From: Candidatus Woesebacteria bacterium RIFCSPHIGHO2_01_FULL_39_32
Lineage (GTDB): Bacteria > Patescibacteriota > Microgenomatia > UBA8517
Reading direction: 5' to 3'
DNA: 47,243 bases
Assembly (NCBI GenBank): GCA_001792345.1
Contig: MGGJ01000002.1
Span: 1 to 47,243 of the forward strand
This document shows, piece after piece, positions 1 through 9,123 of the stretch. Both the position numbers and the translations under genes were made by a program. Each line of letters starts with the position of its first letter. Positions within the stretch are counted from its first letter, which is position 1. The notes below the pieces were generated by a model. The model was not told the origin of the DNA and ran no database searches. It saw only the letters and a program-made list of their open reading frames with translations.

Positions 1-96
1 AGAACACCACAAAAGGCAGTTGAGGACTGGATACTATCAAACAACCACAACCAATTATCTGATGTCAACGAAACTCTGATACTGTACAAAATTTGA
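1..96 (+). CDS. Possible 3' end of a CDS entering from outside the window
   Basis: Frame 1 is open from base 1 to TGA at 94-96 (RTPQKAVEDWILSNNHNQLSDVNETLILYKI*); no family recognised. Confidence 0.4.
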   Translation, partial: RTPQKAVEDWILSNNHNQLSDVNETLILYKI

Positions 97-122
97 CTTT
101 TAGGGGTTTTACAAGGTATAAT
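93..122 (+). promoter_or_regulatory. Sigma70-type promoter upstream of the M23 gene
   Basis: TTGACT (93-98), 18 bp, TATAAT (117-122). Confidence 0.6.
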
Positions 123-129
123 TGTCGAT

Positions 130-155
130 ATCTCGCAATTTTGCGGGATTTTTTT
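130..155 (+). terminator. Terminator-like hairpin with T-tract
   Basis: ATCTCGCA-attt-TGCGGGAT followed by a T run. Confidence 0.5.
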
Positions 156-177
156 GTGATCATAATTGATCAAAAAT

Positions 178-843
178 ATGGTACTAATATCAATTCATCT
201 GCCCGCCAAGTACCGCTTGAGTATTAACCTAGCGAAAAAGCGGAAGGACTTGGACGCCGTTTCCCTCTTGCCTAACTTGGGAAAGGTCTTGCGTGCTAAG
301 AAAGGAAATAAATTTTCTCGATATTTTAGACTTCTTTTCGAGAACGAAAGAATTAAAAAGGTTATTGGTACAAATTTGGCTGTCTTAATCATTGCCTCAT
401 CTTTATTACCTACACCCACCTCGGGTTCCCAAGAGGCAGATGTAAACAGCATTAGCTCTCCTCTCGTTTTAAACACAGAGGAAGGCATCCAGTTCCCACT
501 AAAAGATATAAAAATTACGCAAAGTTTCCGTTTTTATCATGCAGGAGTCGATTTTGACGGTGTTACGGGCGATGCAATTTATCCAATAATGGCTGGCATC
601 GTTTCCAAAGTTGAGTATTCTCGATTCAACTATGGAAAATCTGTAATTATTTCCCATGGAGAAGAAATTGAGTCTTTGTACGCTCATTTGTCCAAAATCG
701 AAGTAGTTGAAGGCCAAGAGGTTACAAAAGAAACAAAACTCGGAGAAATGGGAGCAACAGGTCGCGCCTTTGGAGATCACTTACACTTAGAAATTCACGA
801 GAACGGAAACACTATAAATCCTCTAACTATTCTCTCTCGTTAA
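178..843 (+). CDS. M23 family metallopeptidase (peptidoglycan hydrolase), membrane-anchored
   Basis: HAGVD (HxxxD), YAHLS and HLHLE (HxH) motifs; hydrophobic stretch before the domain; ATG at 178 (ORF track starts at TTG 166). Confidence 0.9.
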   Translation: MVLISIHLPAKYRLSINLAKKRKDLDAVSLLPNLGKVLRAKKGNKFSRYFRLLFENERIKKVIGTNLAVLIIASSLLPTPTSGSQEADVNSISSPLVLNTEEGIQFPLKDIKITQSFRFYHAGVDFDGVTGDAIYPIMAGIVSKVEYSRFNYGKSVIISHGEEIESLYAHLSKIEVVEGQEVTKETKLGEMGATGRAFGDHLHLEIHENGNTINPLTILSR

Positions 844-1270
844 GGGCATCTCTTACAAGCGTAAGAATTCTTTTTGAAATTGGACGCCCACAGATCTCTT
901 CTGCTTCATCTAAAGTTGCCCAAAAGGGTCTATTTCTGTCTTCATTATTTACAACTTCACCCTGGTAATCTGTTATCAGAAATACATGTCTTATATTTAA
1001 AGTTCCATCTGCCTACAATTGTTCTACATCTCCGATTTGTTTAAAAACAGTTGGAGTTATCGACCTTTCCTCGTTAACTTCCCTCATCATTATTTCTTCT
1101 AACGTTTCACCTTCCTCCACTCCCCCCCAGGCACAATCGTGAAACCATAAAAAGATCGTTCCGGATCTGTTCTTTCTTTTAAAAGTATTTTATTGTCTGT
1201 ATATATTACCAATATCACCCCATGTTTTTTTTGGGTATTCTTTTGTTTCGGGAGTTTTCGAAACTGCCAT
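827..1270 (-). pseudogene. NUDIX hydrolase pseudogene
   Basis: Reconstructed by hand: MAVSKTPETKEYPKK/HGVILVIYTDNKILLKERTDPERSFYGFTIVPGG/VEEGETLEEIMMREVNEER...EQL*ADG...DALNERE*. Nudix box present; frameshifts at A8 (~1225-1232) and G7 (~1122-1128); in-frame TAG at 1013-1015. Confidence 0.8.
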
Positions 1271-1311
1271 ATTAATTGACTTAACCGTTATCTAGAACTT
1301 GCTAAATATAC

Positions 1312-1377
1312 CCCCAGCACCAAACTTACTTGCTTCCGAATACTACTTGTTCGTATCGCAAGAGCGTTGGTGCGGGG
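1312..1377. repeat. Long imperfect palindrome (REP-like hairpin)
   Basis: CCCC-A-GCACCAA...CTTGC...CGAATA / TGTTCG...GCAAG...TTGGTGC-GGGG. Confidence 0.6.
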
Positions 1378-1385
1378 CAATCAAC

Positions 1386-1979
1386 TTATTTATTATCTAA
1401 CAACGTCCATAAGTACCATGATGCTACCGTCCTGTAAGGTTTCCAACGAAGGGCGAATTTTGACATTTCTTCGGCTTTCAATTCTTTATTTAAAAGCTTC
1501 CTCATCCCCTTTTTTATACCTAAATCATCATCAGGAAATATATCTTGCCTCCCCAAAGTAAACATTAAAAACATCTCAGCGGTCCAGCGACCAATCCCTT
1601 TTACTGCTATAAGCTCTTCCATAACTTCATCATCAGGCAACTCATTTAACTTTCTTATGTGTAATTTCCTACCTTTTACTCTCTGAGCCAAGTCTTTAAT
1701 TGACCTTACCTTTGCCCAAGCCATTCCACAATTTCTTAAGTCTTGATCAGAAAGAGCCAAAAGTTTTCTGGGAGTTAATCTTCCTCTAGTTTTTCCTTTC
1801 AAACGCTCGAAAATGACATCGGCTACTCTTCCAGAAAGTTGTTGGCCTATGATTTCTCCAGTTAATCCTTGAAAATAGTCGATATGAACTCTTGGTTTTA
1901 TTTTACAGGAACCGTATTTTTTAATGAGCGGTCCGATGTACTTATCTCTTGAGAGAACCCTTTCCGCCTCATTCCACAT
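1386..1979 (-). CDS. alkA: DNA-3-methyladenine glycosylase II (AlkA/HhH-GPD family)
   Basis: IIGQQLS, HhH motif AVKGIGRWTAEMFLMF, FPDDDLG, WKPYRTVASWYLW; likely start MWNEA at 1979. Confidence 0.88.
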   Translation of the reverse strand: MWNEAERVLSRDKYIGPLIKKYGSCKIKPRVHIDYFQGLTGEIIGQQLSGRVADVIFERLKGKTRGRLTPRKLLALSDQDLRNCGMAWAKVRSIKDLAQRVKGRKLHIRKLNELPDDEVMEELIAVKGIGRWTAEMFLMFTLGRQDIFPDDDLGIKKGMRKLLNKELKAEEMSKFALRWKPYRTVASWYLWTLLDNK

Positions 1980-2004
1980 GAAGTAAATTATATTGAAGAA
2001 TTTT

Positions 2005-3639
2005 TTAGTAGTCCATTCCGCCACCCATTCCTCCGCCTGGCATGCTAGGCATATCTTTCTTTTCTTCCGGAAGATCTGTTATCAATCCTTCTGTAGTCAA
2101 AACCATCATTGCAACACTTGCTGCGTTTTGGAGTGCCGATCTGGTCACTTTCAAAGGATCTAAAATCCCGAATTTAATCATTGAACCAAATTCTCCCGTC
2201 AAAGCATTAAAGCCGTAATCATCATCTTTGTTTTCTTCAACTTTTCTTAGTACAAATCCATCATCTTCTCCTGAATTTTTGGCAAGCCATCTTAATGGTT
2301 GTTCTAGTGCGCTTCTTACAATGTCTATTCCTATCTGTTCATCGTCATTTTCTGCTTTAAGTGTATCTAAAATAGCCCTTGCACGAAGCGGCGCAACTCC
2401 TCCTCCGGGTAGTATGCCTTCCTCAATAGCAGCCTTTGTTGCGCCAACCGCATCCTTCACTCTTTCTTTCTTCTCATTGAGTTCAATTTCAGTTGCAGCT
2501 CCTACATTAATCTGTGCAACGCCACCTGACAACTTAGCCAATCTTTCTTCAAGTTTTTCTCGATCAAAATCTGAGTCGGTTTCAGCAATTTGACGCTTCA
2601 AAAGCGCAATTCGACCATTTATTTTTGCCTTGTCTCCTTTACCCCCAATTATTCTGGCATTATCCTTGTCGGCCCAAACTTTGTCTGCTTGGCCAAGGTC
2701 TGTTATTTCAATCGACTCGTAAGTTCGACCAGTGTCTTCGCTTATAACGGTTCCTCCTGTTAAAACTGCAATATCTTCTAAGCTTTCTTTTCTTCTGTCG
2801 CCGAAACCGGGCGCCTTAACCGCCAGGACGTTAAACGTTCCTTTCAGTTTATTAACTACCAAGGTAGCCAGAGCCTCTCCTTCAACTTCGTCAGCAATAA
2901 TAACCAAATTTTTTGATACCTTTACAAATTTTTCCAAAAACGGAAGCATATCCTGAATAGAAGAAACTTTCTTGTCCGTAAGAAGAATGTATGCATCTTC
3001 TATTTCGGCTTCCATTCTGTCGGGGTTGGTCACAAAATAAGCAGAAACATAACCGCGGTCAAATTCCATTCCTTCCTTATATTCGATATCTATTGTTAGG
3101 CCTTTCCCCTCCTCAACGGTTACTACCCCATCTCGACCAACTTTGTCTAAAGCCTCTGCAATTTTTGATCCGATTGCTGAATCTCCAGCTGAAATTGTCG
3201 CTACCTGTTCTATTTCTTCCTTATTTTTAATTGGTTTTGAGATCTTTTTCAGCTCAGATACAACCGATTCAACTGCCTTCTTGATTCCATGCTTTATAAT
3301 CATTGGGTTTGCACCAGCTGTAATGTTTTTCATTCCAGCTTGAGTCATTTGCTGGGCAAGAAGGGTTGCTGTTGTTGTTCCGTCTCCCGCAACGTCATTC
3401 GTCTTATCAGCTGCTTCTTTAACAAGCTGTGCACCCATGTTTTCGAAGGGGTCTTTGAGTTCGATTTCTTTAGCAACGGTTACTCCATCGTGAACAATAT
3501 TTGGTGCTCCCCACTTTTTGTCGAGTGCAATGTTACGACCCTTTGGACCAAGCGTAGTAACAACAGCTTTGGCAACGATATCAATCCCCTTCATAAGGGA
3601 CTGCCTTGCTTCATCAGAAAATTTTAACTGTTTTGCCAT
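2005..3639 (-). CDS. groEL: Chaperonin GroEL
   Basis: MAKQLKF start, [28 protein letters not shown]-terminal GGMGGGM. Confidence 0.99.
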   Translation of the reverse strand: MAKQLKFSDEARQSLMKGIDIVAKAVVTTLGPKGRNIALDKKWGAPNIVHDGVTVAKEIELKDPFENMGAQLVKEAADKTNDVAGDGTTTATLLAQQMTQAGMKNITAGANPMIIKHGIKKAVESVVSELKKISKPIKNKEEIEQVATISAGDSAIGSKIAEALDKVGRDGVVTVEEGKGLTIDIEYKEGMEFDRGYVSAYFVTNPDRMEAEIEDAYILLTDKKVSSIQDMLPFLEKFVKVSKNLVIIADEVEGEALATLVVNKLKGTFNVLAVKAPGFGDRRKESLEDIAVLTGGTVISEDTGRTYESIEITDLGQADKVWADKDNARIIGGKGDKAKINGRIALLKRQIAETDSDFDREKLEERLAKLSGGVAQINVGAATEIELNEKKERVKDAVGATKAAIEEGILPGGGVAPLRARAILDTLKAENDDEQIGIDIVRSALEQPLRWLAKNSGEDDGFVLRKVEENKDDDYGFNALTGEFGSMIKFGILDPLKVTRSALQNAASVAMMVLTTEGLITDLPEEKKDMPSMPGGGMGGGMDY

Positions 3640-3643
3640 AAGT

Positions 3644-3952
3644 TTAAGCAACAACTGCTAATATATCATCAAATTTCGCGAACAGATATTCAACTCCGCG
3701 CAATTTGACTTCATTTCCGCCCCATTTTTTATAGATAACAACGTCGCCAACTTTCGCGGGTGCGCGTCTTTTAGCTCCAGAATCAGTTACTTCATCGTCT
3801 CCCACAGCGAGCACCTTTCCTTGTTGAGGCTTTTCACTTGCCGTATCAGGAAGGTAAATTCCAGAGGTTGTTTTTTCTTCTGCCTCGGGAGGTTCAATCA
3901 CAAGATAACCGGGCGCGGGTTTAAGGTTTAACTTTGAAGTTGTCTTAGTCAT
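3644..3952 (-). CDS. groES: Co-chaperonin GroES
   Basis: [27 protein letters not shown]; directly upstream of groEL. Confidence 0.98.
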   Translation of the reverse strand: MTKTTSKLNLKPAPGYLVIEPPEAEEKTTSGIYLPDTASEKPQQGKVLAVGDDEVTDSGAKRRAPAKVGDVVIYKKWGGNEVKLRGVEYLFAKFDDILAVVA

Positions 3953-4016
3953 GTCTATAAAATAAAAATGCTGTCAGTTTATCCTGAGTAGTTCGACTTT
4001 GCTCACTATCGAACGA

Positions 4017-4043
4017 TTAGCAAAACCTAACAGCGAGTGCTAT
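4017..4043. promoter_or_regulatory. Degenerate CIRCE (HrcA operator)
   Basis: TTAGCAaaa-N9-GAGTGCTAt versus consensus TTAGCACTC-N9-GAGTGCTAA, upstream of groES. Confidence 0.75.
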
Positions 4044-4071
4044 TTTAATAAACATATAGGTCATTTGTCAA
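4042..4071 (-). promoter_or_regulatory. groESL promoter
   Basis: Minus strand TTGACA (4071-4066), 18 bp, TAAAAT (4047-4042), abutting the CIRCE. Confidence 0.7.
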
Positions 4072-4088
4072 GACCTGCATTATTTTAG

Positions 4089-5579
4089 TTATTTTAAAGG
4101 TATCGTGTACTTTGATAAAATTGCCTGTACGTCGTTAGTCAATTTATTAAGTTTTTCGACTCCACCGCCACTTCCCCAATCATTTATTGTTTGTCCAAAA
4201 ACTTGCTCGAGTTGAGAGTTAATACCTGTTGTGCCATCATTGGTATTATCTGCAAGATACCAATTTTTAGATTCTTGCACCAATGCAACAACTGACCCCA
4301 AAATCGGATCGTCTCTATATTGTATATTCATTTCGGGACGCGGATAGGTTCTAGGATATCCTTCAAGCTCTTCAATATTACTATTGATATTTTCTAAAGA
4401 TTCCCTTTGAGCTAAAAATTTCAAAAATCCCCAAGCTGCTTCTTTGTTTCTACTTCTTTCCCAAACACCATGTGCCCAGAAGGTAGCATAAGAATAATTG
4501 GGATCAGAAGGCGCGTTTTTGGGCAATTGCGGTAAGGGAACTGTACGAAATTTCAGACTTGGGTTTCCTCTGGTTATATCTGATGCTCGACTTGTTGGTC
4601 CAAAATACATTGCCACATTCCCTCTTGAAAAAGCTATTGTTGAAGGAGGGAGTGTATTATCCCACGTTCCTAGACTTCTGAATTCTATATAAAAGGAAAG
4701 AACTTGTCCCGCCAATTCTGAGTTCGGTTTTGAAGGATTAACTCTGTTTTGCATAAACATAAGAGCAATTACCTCCGGCCAGTAGTCCACATTTGAAGTA
4801 AAACCCAATGCAGCACCAGATTGGATAATCCTGCCTTCTTTTTCTCGAATTGTCAAACCATCTTTGCTTGCGTCGGCCAGATCCCTAAGTTCAACCCAAG
4901 TTACAGGCGGTTTTTTGATTGCCGAAGCAAAAATATCCTCGTTTATATATAAAGTTATGGCATCGTATTCCAATGGCATCGCGACGGCTTTACCTTCAAG
5001 GGACAGCGCCGAAGAAATGACAGGATAAAATGTCTGATTATACTCATTTTGGCCCATAACCGAAGATGGCAATGGTGCTAAATCATTTTTGAACATATGG
5101 GGCCAAGTGCTGTGAATTTCAAAAATGTCTGGCCCCTCACCCTTCGCTAATGCGTTAGTCAGGCGTTCGCGGTAATCCTGGGCAGATTGTTTTTGGTATA
5201 TTATCTTTACATTAGGGTTTTGTTTTTGATATTCTTCAATAAGAGGTTTATAAACAACTTCTTCGTGTTGTATACCCCACCATACAATCTCTCCCGGAGT
5301 GCCTAATAAAGTTGTTCCGGATTTACGAAACAATAAAACTATAACAATAATTATTGCCAAGATTGATAATCCAAGTACTATAAATAGCATTTTGGGGCGT
5401 TTTTTCTTAGGAACGAAGGGTATTGTACCGGAAGGCAGATTTGTTTGCGATTCTGTACTCACCTGCGGAACTGGTGGAGAAATCATTACATCGGAAGGTG
5501 ATGTTCCTCCAGTATTTTCGCTAATCTCCTGTACTTGATAACGCTTAGTTTGATTAGTATTTTGGTTATTATCCTGCAT
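4089..5579 (-). CDS. Extracellular solute-binding protein (sugar ABC family 1-like) with N-terminal TM anchor
   Basis: Low-complexity N-terminus, TM helix, GEGPDIF, AMPLEYDAITLYINEDIF, AAWGFLKFL. Confidence 0.85.
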   Translation of the reverse strand: MQDNNQNTNQTKRYQVQEISENTGGTSPSDVMISPPVPQVSTESQTNLPSGTIPFVPKKKRPKMLFIVLGLSILAIIIVIVLLFRKSGTTLLGTPGEIVWWGIQHEEVVYKPLIEEYQKQNPNVKIIYQKQSAQDYRERLTNALAKGEGPDIFEIHSTWPHMFKNDLAPLPSSVMGQNEYNQTFYPVISSALSLEGKAVAMPLEYDAITLYINEDIFASAIKKPPVTWVELRDLADASKDGLTIREKEGRIIQSGAALGFTSNVDYWPEVIALMFMQNRVNPSKPNSELAGQVLSFYIEFRSLGTWDNTLPPSTIAFSRGNVAMYFGPTSRASDITRGNPSLKFRTVPLPQLPKNAPSDPNYSYATFWAHGVWERSRNKEAAWGFLKFLAQRESLENINSNIEELEGYPRTYPRPEMNIQYRDDPILGSVVALVQESKNWYLADNTNDGTTGINSQLEQVFGQTINDWGSGGGVEKLNKLTNDVQAILSKYTIPLK

Positions 5580-5619
5580 ATTTAGGCAGTTAATTCATGA
5601 TATCATACAAGAAACTTTA

Positions 5620-7407
5620 ATGGCGAACTTTTTTAATTTCGGTCGAATGAAAAAAGGTTTCTATAGAGTAGCTAAAAAATATAAGTGGGTCTTTCTATCC
5701 GTTTCGTTACCCCTTATATTGTTATTTCTCACAATTCTCGGCTTTTCTTTATTTTATAGAAATAGAATTTTTCCAGGAGTATATGTAGTCGGGATTAAAG
5801 CTTCGGGAATGACCACCGATGAACTACAAACCGCACTTATTAAGGCAGTGGTCTTTCCAGAAAAATTAGTAGTCTTTGCTAAAGAAAAATCTTTTGATTT
5901 ATCTTTACATGAAATCGGTTTTGGTTATGATTATGACAAAACCGTAAAGTCTGCCTATTCTCTATATAGATCTGAGAATTTCCTTCTAAATTTCCTTTAC
6001 AATCTTCAGTCTCCTTTTCAAAAGAGGGAAGTTAATCTTGTAATTAATATCGATGAAGAAAAACTAAACGAGTACCTACAAGTAGTATCTAGCCAAGTAG
6101 CGGTTGAGCCAATATACCCAAATGTTGTTTACCAAGAAGCAAGAGTTGTTGTGAATAAAGGGGTGGCAGGAGAAGATATTGACCCCAAAGCAATTAAAAA
6201 AAAGCTAGAAAATAAATTATCAAGGCGCGATTATTCTCGAGTTGAACTTCCTTTAAAAAATATTGACCCCACGATTAGCGACGATGAGGCCGGTCGTCTA
6301 CAAGAGCGCGCAGAAAAACTTATCGGAAAAACACTTAATCTCTCCTATGAATACACAAACATTGTTTTAAAGGAAGATGATCTCTTTAAATTATTAGATC
6401 CTCATAAGTCATATAATGGCGAAAACATACTTGAATTCACAAATAAGGAGGTAGCACTGAAAGTTAATCGTGAACCACAAAATGCGGTTTTCCAATTCGA
6501 AAACGGTAAAGTTATTGAATTTACTCCTGCCAAGAACGGCATAACAGTTAATACCCAACTTTTTAAAGACCAGTTGATCGAAAAGCTAACGTTTTTAGAA
6601 ACATCCGAAGAAAAAACCTCTACGCTTAACGTTCCAGTTCAAACCGCACCTCCGTCCATAACAACTGAACAAGTTAACAATTTAGGAATTAAAGAGCTTC
6701 TAGGAAGTGGCGTATCCACATTTAGAGGTTCAATTCCAGGTAGGGTCTTTAATATCGGTCACGCCGCTTCGAAATTAAATGGAGTATTGGTTCCTCCCGG
6801 CGAAACCTTATCTTTTAACTCTGCAGTTGGGGAAGTATCAACTCTTACCGGTTATAAGCAGGCATACATCATTAAAGATGGTATGACCGTTTTAGGAGAC
6901 GGTGGTGGTGTTTGCCAAGTTTCAACTACTCTTTTCCGTGCAGCTTTAAATGCGGGGTTGCCAATCGAGGAACGACGAGCGCATTCATATAGAGTTGCAT
7001 ACTACGAACAAAATTCCGCTCCAGGACTCGACGCGACGGTTTATGCTCCAACAACCGATCTTAAGATTAAAAATGATACGCCTGGGCATATTTTAGTCCA
7101 AACAATATTCAAGCCGGAAGAAGTAACTTTAATTTTTGAAATTTACGGAACTTCCGACGGGAGGGTCGCAACAATCACAAAACCTGTTATTACCAGCGTT
7201 TCAGCTCCACCTGAAGACTTATATATAGATGATCCGACACTACCAATAGGACAAATCAAACAAATTGATTATAAGGCCTGGGGAGCTAAAGTTGTTTTCG
7301 ATTATGAAGTAGATAGGAATGGGGAAACTATTTACGAAAAAAAATTTGTATCTAACTTCCGTCCTTGGCAAGCAAAATTTCTCCGCGGCACAGGACCAAC
7401 TAATTAA
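5620..7407 (+). CDS. VanW-family protein with N-terminal TM and peptidoglycan-binding (YoaR-like) region
   Basis: GETLSFNSAVG, GGGVCQVSTTLFRAAL, ERRAHSY, GLDATVY, DLKIKNDT. Confidence 0.9.
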   Translation: MANFFNFGRMKKGFYRVAKKYKWVFLSVSLPLILLFLTILGFSLFYRNRIFPGVYVVGIKASGMTTDELQTALIKAVVFPEKLVVFAKEKSFDLSLHEIGFGYDYDKTVKSAYSLYRSENFLLNFLYNLQSPFQKREVNLVINIDEEKLNEYLQVVSSQVAVEPIYPNVVYQEARVVVNKGVAGEDIDPKAIKKKLENKLSRRDYSRVELPLKNIDPTISDDEAGRLQERAEKLIGKTLNLSYEYTNIVLKEDDLFKLLDPHKSYNGENILEFTNKEVALKVNREPQNAVFQFENGKVIEFTPAKNGITVNTQLFKDQLIEKLTFLETSEEKTSTLNVPVQTAPPSITTEQVNNLGIKELLGSGVSTFRGSIPGRVFNIGHAASKLNGVLVPPGETLSFNSAVGEVSTLTGYKQAYIIKDGMTVLGDGGGVCQVSTTLFRAALNAGLPIEERRAHSYRVAYYEQNSAPGLDATVYAPTTDLKIKNDTPGHILVQTIFKPEEVTLIFEIYGTSDGRVATITKPVITSVSAPPEDLYIDDPTLPIGQIKQIDYKAWGAKVVFDYEVDRNGETIYEKKFVSNFRPWQAKFLRGTGPTN

Positions 7408-7955
7408 GAGATGTATCTTAGGGCCAACGATATATCAGCCAATTCACCCAAAGATTCCCTATACGTATTATCGCTCAACCATTCTCCATCTTGTGATAAA
7501 TGCTGGAAATCCTGTTGGCATTTACCATCTATAAGAAGATATAAAACTCTTTGGTCTTCACAATTACCTTGCAAAACTACTTCAAGATCTGATTTACTAC
7601 CGTTTTCGGGATGCCTTATAGTTACAGTTACTGATGAGTCTTCGTATTTCTCCATATCAACACCCAGAAAGGAAAGGGTTTCAGTAGAAAGCCTCATACT
7701 AGACGTCACTCTTAGGGGTGTAGTAAGAACACCATTGTTTCCATTGTGTTTCTTAGTTTTTTCTAGCATCTCAATTCTTGCCAATATTACATCTGTGCGA
7801 CCTATATGAGAATCATGCAGAGTAGCCTCGTCTGACGAGAAAGGTTTTTTAGGTGTATCAATAACCTCAGCCTGTTTAGGTGTCCCTAAACGGCTACTCT
7901 TAAGTAAATCGTTAAAAAACCTATCTTCTATAGTCATCTGTGAATTCTCCTCCAA
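7404..7955 (-). CDS. Hypothetical protein
   Basis: 183-aa ORF filling the gap between the VanW-family gene and tsaD; no family recognised. Confidence 0.55.
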   Translation of the reverse strand: MEENSQMTIEDRFFNDLLKSSRLGTPKQAEVIDTPKKPFSSDEATLHDSHIGRTDVILARIEMLEKTKKHNGNNGVLTTPLRVTSSMRLSTETLSFLGVDMEKYEDSSVTVTIRHPENGSKSDLEVVLQGNCEDQRVLYLLIDGKCQQDFQHLSQDGEWLSDNTYRESLGELADISLALRYIS

Positions 7956-8034
7956 AATTTAATACACAATTAAAATTTATAGCCACATCCATTAAAAACG
8001 AATTACTTGAGTAAAGTCAATGTATAATTACCCT

Positions 8035-9105
8035 ATGAATATCTTGGGAATCGAAACTTCGTGTGATGAAACCGCGGCTAGTGTAGTTAAAAACGGAACG
8101 GAAATCTTATCAAATGTTGTGGCGACATCGGCCGAAATGCATGTAAAAACTGGGGGTATTATACCAGAACAAGCAGCAAGACAACAAGTTCGCAGCATCA
8201 TTCCCGTTATAGAGGAAGCACTAATAAAAGCTTTTGGTTCACCAATCACTAATTACCAATCACTAATCACCAAAATTGACGCAATAGCTGTAACTATTGG
8301 CCCCGGACTAATTGGCTCGCTTCTAGTCGGAGTGGAAACGGCAAAAACTCTTAGTTTCGTTTGGAAAAAACCTATCGTTCCAGTCAACCATTTAGTAGGA
8401 CATATTTACGCCAATTGGCTAGTAACAGACAAACGACAACCAACAACTAACTTACCTAAGTTTCCAGCTTTAGTTTTAGTCGTTTCCGGCGGGCATACGG
8501 ATCTAGTTCTAATGAAAAACCATGGAATATTTGAGTGGCTCGGAGGAACAAGAGACGATGCAGCGGGCGAATCATTTGATAAAACAGCAAGATTATTAGG
8601 GCTTCCCTATCCCGGTGGCCCTTCTATCTCTGCCGAATCCGAAAAGTATTTTAACCAACAATTAACTGTTGATAACTTACAGCTAAAACTTTTTCCGCGT
8701 CCTTTAATCCACGAGAAAAATTTCGATTGGAGTTTTTCCGGACTTAAAACTGCTGTTTTACGCGAATTAACAAATCAACCAATTAACAAAACTTCTATTC
8801 CCAAATTTGCGGCAGAAATCCAAGAAGCAATTATCGACTGTCTGGTTGAAAAAAGTATAAGAGCGATGAAAACATATAAACCGAAAAGTTTTCTGTTGGG
8901 TGGAGGCGTAGCTGCAAACAAAAGACTTAGGGAAAAATTTTTAAAACGAATAAAATCCGAAAAACTACAGGTCTTCCACGTGGCGGCGCCCGGAAACTTA
9001 TGCACAGACAATGCAGCATACATTGCATCTGCTGCTTTCTTTAACTTCAAACCAGTTAATTGGAAAAAGATTTTTGCAAATCCTCAGTTTACAATAATGG
9101 GTTAG
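8035..9105 (+). CDS. tsaD: tRNA threonylcarbamoyltransferase TsaD
   Basis: MNILGIETSCDETA, GPGLIGSL, VNHLVGH, VSGGHT, TRDDAAGESFDK, SFSGLKT, CTDNAA. Confidence 0.97.
   Translation: MNILGIETSCDETAASVVKNGTEILSNVVATSAEMHVKTGGIIPEQAARQQVRSIIPVIEEALIKAFGSPITNYQSLITKIDAIAVTIGPGLIGSLLVGVETAKTLSFVWKKPIVPVNHLVGHIYANWLVTDKRQPTTNLPKFPALVLVVSGGHTDLVLMKNHGIFEWLGGTRDDAAGESFDKTARLLGLPYPGGPSISAESEKYFNQQLTVDNLQLKLFPRPLIHEKNFDWSFSGLKTAVLRELTNQPINKTSIPKFAAEIQEAIIDCLVEKSIRAMKTYKPKSFLLGGGVAANKRLREKFLKRIKSEKLQVFHVAAPGNLCTDNAAYIASAAFFNFKPVNWKKIFANPQFTIMG
8241..8275 (+). repeat. In-frame heptamer tandem repeat in tsaD
   Basis: ACCAATC ACTAATT ACCAATC ACTAATC ACCAAAA, encoding SPITNYQSLITK. Confidence 0.85.
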
Positions 9106-9123
9106 GTGTAATCTTAAAACAGT

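Noticed and set aside
1013-1015. Stop-codon recoding (in-frame TAG; code 25)
   Set aside because: The same gene also has two frameshifts, and TAG and TGA end intact genes such as groEL, tsaD and rpmH
5620-7407. Vancomycin resistance locus
   Set aside because: VanW domain alone, with no vanHAX or vanRS
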